Position numbers and translations under genes: made by a program
Assembly (NCBI GenBank): GCA_043818155.1
Contig: JBDRGB010000011.1
Location: 1 to 58,544, forward strand
DNA: 58,544 bases
Source of the DNA: Candidatus Aenigmatarchaeota archaeon
GTDB lineage: Archaea > Aenigmatarchaeota > Aenigmatarchaeia > CG10238-14 > SCSR01
Direction: 5' to 3'
The notes under the pieces: generated by a model
What the model was told of the DNA's origin: nothing
Databases searched by the model: none
Seen by the model: only the letters and a program-made list of their open reading frames with translations
Shown: positions 19,116 to 27,000 of the stretch, in pieces
Numbering within the stretch: position 1 is the first letter of the stretch
Layout of the letters: each line of letters opens with the position of its first letter

Positions 19116-20576
19116 ATGCGCGATACTAAGGCCTTCAGGAATATGACTCTGCTTGCGGCCGCCGCGATAGCCGCGGTCATGTGCCTTTCTGCGGTTGCGC
19201 AGTCCTCCGCCGCCGCGGATGACGTCTCGGTGTACGTATCGCCTCCGGAGATATCCATAAACAACACCGAAATAGGATTCGTGGACCTGATTATTTCGAA
19301 CAACCGGAATTTTGCGGACACGCTCTCGCTCTCGGTGTGGCCGTCCACGACGTGGGCCGGCATAACCCCGAACCTCGACAGCTACAACGTGAAGGTCGAC
19401 GCGAATTCCAACGTGACGGTCAAACTTTACTTCTCGGTGGCCGCGGACGCGGATATGACCATAACCAACTTCCTCGTGACAGCCAAGTCCGTGCTGTTCG
19501 AGAATGTCAGCTCGTCGAAGAGCGTGAACGTGCGGACGCTGAGGAAGACGTCCGTGTACATATCGGACGTGTTCGTGGACAGGTACGTCTTGAACCCCAC
19601 AGAGTGCATGAACATAAGGACGGACGTGACGAACCTAGGCCTGACCACGGAATCGTACAAGCTGTCTACTATTATAACGAAGGAGGCCGGTACTGTGCAC
19701 AGGTTTGACGACGACCTGCTCATAGTGGAAGGCAAGTCAATCGGCTCTGCAGCGCATTCTTACTGCGTGGGCAAGCATATGCAGTGGGGCAAGTACACTC
19801 TGTCCACGACGCTGAAGACCACGCTCAACAGACTCGTAGACACGCGGTCCGTGAACTTCGAAATCACGGAAAAGTCCGACCTGATATATGAAAAATCCGT
19901 GGCGTACACCCCGTTCGCGCAGATAAAGACGATAACCGTCAAGAACGATGGCAACCGCGTCGAGAGGGACTTTTACGTGACCGAGACGGTGTCCGACTTC
20001 GTGTCCAAGCTCTTCTACCCGGTCACCACCCCGACGAGCACCGAGACTGCAGACGGCAAGATGGTGTACAGCTGGAAGATAGGACAGCTGAACCCGGGTG
20101 ACGAGACGTCGGTGACGTATGAGATACGCTTCGTTAGCATATGGTTCAGCGGCCTGGTCATAGCGCTCGTGGTGTTCCTCGCGTTCACGTACGTCTACAC
20201 TCCGCGCATAGGCAAGGGCTACACCATGATGGGTCCGCTGAAGCGCGGGAAGGAGATACACGTGCTGCTGGAACTGAAGAACGCGACGCTGTACGAGATA
20301 AGGAACATAGTTGTCAGGGACTCGATACCGCCGCTGGCGTCGCTCGTCGATAAGTTCGACACCATGCGGCCCGAAACCAAAAAGTCGGAGGCAGGGACAG
20401 ACCTCTTGTGGAGAATCAAGTCGCTAAAGCCGTTCGAAGAGCGCGTGCTCACGTACAGGATAAAGACAAACGTGGACGTCATAGGCAGCATAAGGCTGCC
20501 CAGGACCGTCATGGAGTACATCAACCAGAAGAAGCAGGTCAGGATAGTTTCCTCGAAGGCAGTGGAGCTGAAGTAA
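19116..20576 (+). CDS. putative cell-surface/envelope protein with beta-sandwich (CARDB/DUF11-like) repeats
   Basis: N-terminal signal peptide (LLAAAAIAAVMCLSAVAQSSAAAD), repeated beta-rich segments, one internal TM helix (WFSGLVIALVVFLAFTYVY), and a C-terminal DUF11-like module (NATLYEIRNIVVRDSIP...LLWRIKSLKPFEERVLTYRIKT). Confidence 0.55.
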   Translation: MRDTKAFRNMTLLAAAAIAAVMCLSAVAQSSAAADDVSVYVSPPEISINNTEIGFVDLIISNNRNFADTLSLSVWPSTTWAGITPNLDSYNVKVDANSNVTVKLYFSVAADADMTITNFLVTAKSVLFENVSSSKSVNVRTLRKTSVYISDVFVDRYVLNPTECMNIRTDVTNLGLTTESYKLSTIITKEAGTVHRFDDDLLIVEGKSIGSAAHSYCVGKHMQWGKYTLSTTLKTTLNRLVDTRSVNFEITEKSDLIYEKSVAYTPFAQIKTITVKNDGNRVERDFYVTETVSDFVSKLFYPVTTPTSTETADGKMVYSWKIGQLNPGDETSVTYEIRFVSIWFSGLVIALVVFLAFTYVYTPRIGKGYTMMGPLKRGKEIHVLLELKNATLYEIRNIVVRDSIPPLASLVDKFDTMRPETKKSEAGTDLLWRIKSLKPFEERVLTYRIKTNVDVIGSIRLPRTVMEYINQKKQVRIVSSKAVELK

Positions 20577-20591
20577 GCGCTTGCGCAACGT

Positions 20592-20602
20592 TTTTATATT
20601 AA
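20592..20602 (+). promoter_or_regulatory. TATA box for tRNA-Tyr
   Basis: TTTTATATTAA is centred about 25 nt upstream of the tRNA 5' end (20622), the standard archaeal promoter geometry. Confidence 0.5.
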
Positions 20603-20621
20603 GAGTGGAATTATCTTTTAG

Positions 20622-20795
20622 CCCGACTTAGCTCAACGGTAGAGCAACCGGCTGTACGTTCGTGGTTTTTCCACAACGGGTCTAAGGCGAGCGCAGCTGC
20701 GCTTGTTGCCAGCAATTGCTCGGCAAGCCACCGGTAGCCGGCCGCTGACGCGGCCGCGCCGGCACAGGTTCCCGGTTCAAATCCGGGAGTCGGGA
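20622..20795 (+). tRNA. tRNA-Tyr (anticodon GUA) interrupted by about 100 nt of intervening sequence, probably two introns
   Basis: Acceptor CCCGACT/AGTCGGG with C1-G72 and A73 (the archaeal Tyr identity set). D arm GCTC-AACGGTA-GAGC. Anticodon stem ACCGG (20647-20651) followed by CTGTA. The matching strand CCGGT is only at 20731-20735. T arm CCCGG-TTCAAAT-CCGGG. A GC hairpin (GGCCGC-TGAC-GCGGCC) lies between the anticodon stem and the T arm. Exact splice junctions are not resolved. Confidence 0.7.
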
Positions 20796-20866
20796 CATTT
20801 TTAATTATCTCAGCGGAAGCTTTGTTACCACAATCCTTATTTCAGCCAAAGGATGTTTTCTATGCC

Positions 20867-21526
20867 ATGAGGATTAACAACATAAAACCACAGCTTGCTG
20901 TACTAACTCCAGCCAAATCTAGAATTATAGCAAGGCTGAAAGGCGACGGTTCTATATTTGTCGGTGGCAGAAGAAGGACAAATTATCTGATAAAATACGA
21001 GTCTAACGATAAACATGAATTGGACATATTTTCTAGGGACATCATGGAAGTTTATGGTTTATCAACCAAAGAGGAAATTCACAGGTCTGGTAAAAAGCCA
21101 AACAAATTTTTGAAGCAAGTTTTCGTTAGGTCGAAACTCGCGTTTTTGGATTTGCAAAAGTATGGGCCGTTTTCGTCAAGGGAATGGACAGTTCCGAATT
21201 CTATCAAATCTTCTAATTTGTCTATACGAACCGAATTCCTGAGAACTTTCTTCGAAGACGAGGGAAGCGTAATAAACTCTTACGGTCACAAAGAATTGAG
21301 GCTATACTCGATTAATTTACGCGGATTAAAAGAGCTGATAAACATGCTGGAAAGCTTTGGGATAGAGTCTAAACTGAGAGGAGGTTTCGGAGAAGGAAGA
21401 AACGTGTATGCGCTCGTAATAAGCGACGTAAAAAGTATCATGAAATTCAAAAATGAAATAGGTTTCAGCTCTGCTAGAAAAAGGCTAAAAATGGAGAAAT
21501 TGACGTCAAAATCGTCTTTTTCCTAA
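20867..21526 (+). CDS. free-standing double-motif LAGLIDADG homing endonuclease-like protein
   Basis: Motifs IIARLKGDGSI and FLRTFFEDEGSV with acidic residues kept. AT-rich: 37 % G+C in line 20821-20880. The first ATG is at 20867; the track start is TTG 20822. Confidence 0.8.
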   Translation: MRINNIKPQLAVLTPAKSRIIARLKGDGSIFVGGRRRTNYLIKYESNDKHELDIFSRDIMEVYGLSTKEEIHRSGKKPNKFLKQVFVRSKLAFLDLQKYGPFSSREWTVPNSIKSSNLSIRTEFLRTFFEDEGSVINSYGHKELRLYSINLRGLKELINMLESFGIESKLRGGFGEGRNVYALVISDVKSIMKFKNEIGFSSARKRLKMEKLTSKSSFS

Positions 21527-21623
21527 AAACCGGCGTATTCGGCCGAATCGCCGAAAGACGCCGCGGAACCAAAAAACGATAGATTTAAAAGACTTAATAT
21601 GTTAAAATAATAAATTATAATTT

Positions 21624-21741
21624 GGTTGGCGGTCAAAGCAAGCAGGAAACATCTGTTCCCATTCCGAACACAGCAATTAAGATGCTTTGCGATATGGCGT
21701 GTACTGAGCATCTGCTCGGGAAACCCAGGACGCTGCCAACC
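21624..21741 (+). rRNA. rrf: 5S ribosomal RNA
   Basis: Terminal helix GGTTGGC/GCCAACC. Conserved CCCATTCCGAACACAG-CAATTAAG, GTACTG and GGGAAAC elements. About 118 nt. An AT-rich promoter-like tract lies upstream. Confidence 0.85.
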
Positions 21742-22008
21742 TCATTTATGGATATGCGCTTACGCGCTCGAAAGGCAACGCCCGGGTGACAGATTGACGC
21801 AAACAAACACAAACTGCTTCTTTGATTTGGCGGGTCTGGAGGATTTTTCCAGGCTCGAGATGTGTTCGAGGGTCAGGTGTTCGGAAAGGCTGATAGAGGC
21901 ACTGCTGAATACGCAGACCGGCGGATGAACGGGGTGGTGTTCAAAAAGCGGATTGACGTATGCCTATCTGGCGACTTCGTCTCCGGCCAGGTGCGCGGCG
22001 CAAGTCAC

Positions 22009-22081
22009 GCCTCGATGGTGTAGTGGCCTAGCATACAAGCCTGTCACGCTTGTGACGCGGGTTCAAATCCCGCTCGAGGCG
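22009..22081 (+). tRNA. tRNA-Asp (anticodon GUC)
   Basis: Acceptor GCCTCGA/TCGAGGC, anticodon stem CAAGC/GCTTG with loop CTGTCAC, T arm GCGGG-TTCAAAT-CCCGC, discriminator G. No encoded CCA. Confidence 0.9.
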
Positions 22082-22137
22082 CAGTTGTTGGCGGAGAAAG
22101 TAGAAAACAGGCGCGTGGGGAACGCGCGGGCGATCAT

Positions 22138-22386
22138 GTGAAGGAAGTGGACATATCCAAGCACAAGCTGATGCCTAAGCACACCATCCTCGGCGATGCC
22201 GAGAAGCAGGAGCTTTTGAAAAGGTACAACATAACGTTGAACCATCTGCCGAGGATGCTTATCATAGACCCCATGTCGAAGGTACTGGACGCGAAGGCAG
22301 GCGATGTCGTGAAGATAGTCAGGGACAGCCCCACTGCGGGCAAGGCGGTGTACTACAGGGTCGTGGTGCGGGGCGCTTTCAAGTAG
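22138..22386 (+). CDS. rpoH: DNA-directed RNA polymerase subunit H (Rpo5)
   Basis: KHKLMPKHTILGDAEKQELLKRYNITLNHLPRMLIIDPMSKVLDAKAGDVVKIVR is the canonical RpoH sequence pattern. It is the first gene of the RNAP operon. Confidence 0.9.
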   Translation: MKEVDISKHKLMPKHTILGDAEKQELLKRYNITLNHLPRMLIIDPMSKVLDAKAGDVVKIVRDSPTAGKAVYYRVVVRGAFK

Positions 22387-22469
22387 ATAAACTTTCGCGC
22401 CGAAGACTGTTGAATCCGAAAAAACGAGAACAAGCCCGAACATCCAAGCGGGCGGCGAGATTGACGCAG

Positions 22470-24059
22470 ATGAGCATCATGGCCGGCAATGTAAGCACTA
22501 ACGTGACGCCCAACCGCAATTGGGAGATGTCGGCGTCCGACAACAACGAGCTTTTCCTCAGAATGCTGACATCATTCGTCAAGGAGCGCGGGCTCGTCAG
22601 ATTCCAGGTAGATTCTTATGACGACTTTATAACGCGCCGCATCCCCAAGATCCTCCGCGAGATAAAGGAAATCAAGCCCGAAGTCCCCGAGATAGGCGAG
22701 TTCAAGATAAAACTCGGGGACTTCCGCATAGGCAAGGAGAACTGGGGACCGTGGATAAAGGAGGCGGACGGGTCGGAGCGGAGGGTAATGCCCACTGAAG
22801 CCCGCATCCGCAACCTGACATACTCGTCGCCGATGTTCGTCGAGATGTCGCCTGTCATGAACGGCGTGGAGGGCGAGACGCTGTGGGTGAACTTCGGTGA
22901 CCTGCCGATAATGCTCAAGTCCAAGATATGCCCGCTTGCGGGCATGAGCGAGAATGATCTCGTGGCCGCCGGCGAGGACCCGGACGACCCAGGCGGCTAC
23001 TTCATCGTGAACGGCACGGAAAGGATACTCGTGCTCGTCGAGGAGATCGCGCAGAACAAGGTCATAATAAGCTCGGTGAGCACGGGGAGCGTTTCGCAGA
23101 TAGCGCGCATACACTCCGAGAAGGACGGCTACGTGCAGCGCCACATAATAGAGCGCAAGAACAACGGCAGCATAACCATCAGCTTTGCGAACGTGAACAA
23201 GCTGCCCATCGCCGTGCTGCTCAAGGCGCTCGGCCTGGAGAAAGACAAGGACATAGTCAACGTCATATCGAGCGACCCGGAGGTGCAGGAGGAGTTCTAC
23301 GCGAACCTGTACGAGGCCGACGTTTCGACCGCGAACGACGGCTTGGACAAGATAGGCCTGCACATAAAGATACCCCAGAAGGAATACCGCATGGAGCGCG
23401 CCACGAAGCTGGTGGACAGGTACCTGCTCCCGCACCTCGGCCAGGACTCGTCGAACAGGATGGAAAAATCTATATTCCTCGCCAAGGCCATAGGCAAGCT
23501 TCTCAAGCTGCATCTCGGCAGGATAGCGGAGGACGACCTTGACCATTATTCGAACAAGCGCTTGCGACTGTCGGGCGACCTGATGGAGATACTGCTCCGC
23601 TCGATACTGCTCGGCAAATGGGGGCTGATAACCAGGATAACGTACAACTACCAGAAGCTCACCAAGCGGGGCCGGGTGCCGCCGCTGCAGGCAATCGTGG
23701 AGTCGAACGTGCTGACTAACCAGCTCGTGTCCGCGCTCGCGATAGGCAGCTGGGTCGGCGGACGCACGGGCGTAAGCCAGCGGCTGGAGCGCGGCAGCTA
23801 CATAAAGACGATGTCCCACATGCGGAACGTGCTTTCGCCGCTCACGTCCACGCAGGAGCACTTCCAGGCGCGCGAGCTGCATCCGACGCACTGGGGCAAG
23901 CTCTGCACGAGCGAGACGCCCGAGGGCGCGACGATCGGGCTGAGGAAGTATCTGGCGATAATGGCCGAGGTCACCAAGGGCGCGAACGAGAAGGAAGGCA
24001 AGGCGTTGCAGGCGATGTTGAAGAAGGGCATCGTGCCGGCGGAGAAGCTGATAAAATAA
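22470..24059 (+). CDS. rpoB2: DNA-directed RNA polymerase subunit B'' (N-terminal half of Rpo2)
   Basis: Collinear with the N-terminal half of Rpo2 (GLVRFQVDSYDDFI, GGYFIVNGTERILV, ERGSYIKTMSHMRNV...HPTHWGKLCTSETPEG). Start uncertain: TTG 22410 in the track, ATG 22470, 22479 or 22527. Confidence 0.9.
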   Translation: MSIMAGNVSTNVTPNRNWEMSASDNNELFLRMLTSFVKERGLVRFQVDSYDDFITRRIPKILREIKEIKPEVPEIGEFKIKLGDFRIGKENWGPWIKEADGSERRVMPTEARIRNLTYSSPMFVEMSPVMNGVEGETLWVNFGDLPIMLKSKICPLAGMSENDLVAAGEDPDDPGGYFIVNGTERILVLVEEIAQNKVIISSVSTGSVSQIARIHSEKDGYVQRHIIERKNNGSITISFANVNKLPIAVLLKALGLEKDKDIVNVISSDPEVQEEFYANLYEADVSTANDGLDKIGLHIKIPQKEYRMERATKLVDRYLLPHLGQDSSNRMEKSIFLAKAIGKLLKLHLGRIAEDDLDHYSNKRLRLSGDLMEILLRSILLGKWGLITRITYNYQKLTKRGRVPPLQAIVESNVLTNQLVSALAIGSWVGGRTGVSQRLERGSYIKTMSHMRNVLSPLTSTQEHFQARELHPTHWGKLCTSETPEGATIGLRKYLAIMAEVTKGANEKEGKALQAMLKKGIVPAEKLIK

Positions 24060-24071
24060 TAAAGTAATTTT

Positions 24072-27000
24072 GTGAAGGTTGATGGGATGGCGAGGAGCGC
24101 GGGCAGGAAAGAGGCCACGGGTACAGAGGCGCCGGCCGGAAACACAGTGGACGTGTTCCTGGACGGAAACTACGTGGGTGTGACCAGCGACCCGGCCGGG
24201 TTCGTGAACGAGATAAGGCAGGCCAGGCGCAGCGGCCAGCTCTCGGACCAGGTGAACATATGCCATTACACACAGTTCAACGAGATACGCATCTTCTCAG
24301 ACTCCGGCCGTGTGCGGAGGCCGGCCATAGTGGTGGAGAACGGCCGCTCGAAGCTTACGGACGACATCGCTAACAAGGTGAAGGCCGGGGAGCTGGGATG
24401 GTCGGACTTGTTCAGGATGGGAGTCGTGGAGTACCTGGACACGGACGAGGAGGAGAGCGCATACATAGCGCTCAAACCGGAGAACCTGACCCCGGAGCAC
24501 ACGCACGTTGAGCTGGACCCGTCGATAATACTCGGGCTGTCCGCGTCGTTCATCCCGTTCACGGAGTACAACCGAGGCGACCGCGTGAACTACGGGGCGA
24601 AGATGGTGGGGCAGAGCATAGGCGTGTTCGCGACGAACTACCTGAACCGCGTTGACACCAAGGCGAACGTGATGGTCTACCCGCAGAGGCCGGTGGTGCG
24701 GACGCATGGTCACAGGATAATAAGCTACGACAAACATCCGAACGGCTCGAACGTGGTGGTCGCAGTCTGCTGCTTCGACGGCTACAACATGGAGGACGCC
24801 ATAGTGATAAACGCCAGCTCGATACAGAGCGGGCTGTTCTGGTCGATGATGACGCGCACGTACGAGGCCGAGCAGAAGAGGTACATGGGCGGTCAGGAGG
24901 ACATAATAGGCATACCCGAGCCCGGGGTCCGCGGCTACGCGGGCGAGGACATGTACAAGCACCTGCCGGAGGACGGCATAATCGACCCGGAGGTCATAGT
25001 CGGCTCGGATTCGATTCTTATAGGCCGCATATCGCCACTGCGCTTCCTCGGAACCATGGACCAGTTCATAACCGGCGTGGAGAACATACGCGAGACCTCG
25101 GTCAAGCTGAGGCACGAGGACAACGGGGTCGTGGACCGGGTGTTCGTAAGCGAGACGACCGACGGCACGAAGCTGATCAAGGTGATTATACGCGACATGA
25201 AGATACCCGAGATAGGCGACAAGTTCGCGAGCCGCCACGGCCAGAAGGGGGTAGTGGGACTGATCGTGCCGCGGGAGGACATGCCGTTCACCGAAGACGG
25301 GGTAGTGCCGGACATAATCTTCAACCCGCACGGGATACCGTCGAGGATGACGATGGGGCAGCTGCTGGAGCTCATCGGCGGCAAGCTCGGCGCGGTCGCA
25401 GGCCGCATAATAAGCGCCCCGCCATTCAACGCCATAAAGGAGGCCACGATGAGGTCGGAGCTCGAGTCGTGCGGGTACAGGAACGACGGGAAGGAGACGA
25501 TGTACGACGGACGCACGGGGCGGAGGTTCGACGCGCAGATATTCATGGGCAGCTGCTTCTACCAGAGGCTCGACCACCTCGTTTCGAACAAGATACACGC
25601 AAGGTCGCGCGGACCCGTGGCCCTGCTGACGAAGCAGCCGACCGAAGGAAGGAGCAAGGAAGGCGGGCTCAGGCTGGGCGAGATGGAGAAGGACTGCCTC
25701 ATCGCGCACGGCGCGGCGCTGACCCTGAAGGAAAGGTTCGATTCCGACAAGACGACCGTGCCCATCTGCCTCGAGTGCGGGAACGCGGCCATCTACGACA
25801 AGATCAAGAACCGCCGATACTGCCCGATATGCACTGCATCGAAGATCGTGGTCATAGAGATGAGCTACGCGTTCAAGCTCATGCTCGACGAGCTGAAGAG
25901 CATGATGATTTATCCGAAGATTGTCGTCAAGCCTGGGGAGTCGCTCGTGAGCATGATAGAGTTCGGCGTCCTGAATCCGGACATCATAAAGAAGATGTCC
26001 GTGGCGCGCATAACGAAGACGGAGCTGTACGACCAGGAAGGATATCCGATAGAGGGCGGCCTGATGGACCCGAGGCTGGGAGTGGTCGACCCAGGCGTGC
26101 GATGCCGTGTCTGCGGCGGGAGCGTAGGCGAATGCCAGGGCCACTTCGGCATACTGGACATGACTCGGCCGATAGTGCACGTCCACTACGCCAAGTTCCT
26201 GTTCAGCCTGCTGAAGCTGTTCTGCGGCAAGTGCAGCCGGATACTCATGAACGAGGCCGAGATACAGACGGTGAAGGACAAGAAGTACAAGATCAAGGAC
26301 GTGGCGAAGCTCATACACAAGAAATGCCCGTACTGCGGCTCGGAACAGTCGAAGCTCAAGTTCATCAAGCCGTACACGTTCGTCGAGGACAAGGGCACGC
26401 TCAACGCGTCGGACTTGCGCGAAAGGCTCGTGAACATCCCGGACGACGACCTGAAGACCATCGGGGTGACGATAAGGCCGGAAAGCCTCGTGATAACGCT
26501 CCTGCCGATATCGCCCGTCACGGTGCGGCCGTCGATCACGCTCGAGACCGGCGAACGGTCGGAGGACGACCTCACCCACAAGCTCGTGGACATCGTGCGC
26601 ATCAACGAGCGGCTGCGCGAGAACATAGACCTTGGTGCGCCCGACTTCATCATCGAGGATCTGTGGGAGCTGCTCCAGTATCACGTCTCGACTTATTTTG
26701 ACAACGAGATATCCGGCGTGCCCCCGGCAAGGCACCGATCGGGCCGGATACTCAAGACGCTCTCGCAGAGGCTGAAGACGAAGGAGGGCCGCTTCCGCGG
26801 GAACCTCGCCGGGAAGCGCGTCAACTTCTCCGCGCGCACGGTGATCAGCCCGGACCCGATGATAAACATAGACGAGGTCGGGGTGCCGGAGTCAATCGCT
26901 CGCGAGCTGACGGTGCCCGTGCGCGTGAACGACGGCAACAAGGAGGAGCTGAAGAAGATAGTGATGGCCGGATCGGAGCAGATTGCCGGCGCGAACTATG

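Noticed and set aside
21860-21900. Possible SRP (7S) RNA helix-8 motif (GGTCAGGTGTTCGGAAAGGCTGATAG resembles GUCAGGUCCGGAAGGAAGCAGC)
   Set aside because: The putative GNRA/GGAA tetraloop is not closed by base pairs (UUCG-GAAA-GGCU does not pair). I could not build the flanking symmetric and asymmetric loops or a 5'/3' closing helix. The region is kept only as an unassigned structured spacer.
22572-24266. 564-aa minus-strand ORF
   Set aside because: Antisense to rpoB''. The composition is typical of a GC-rich shadow ORF, and the opposite strand carries unmistakable Rpo2 motifs.
24297-26735. 812-aa minus-strand ORF; also 25469..26701 +, 26892..27593 - and 27624..28286 -
   Set aside because: These are antisense or off-frame shadows of the strongly conserved rpoB'/rpoA' frame in G+C-rich DNA. 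Their translations are Arg/His/Val/Leu-rich low-complexity strings with no motifs.
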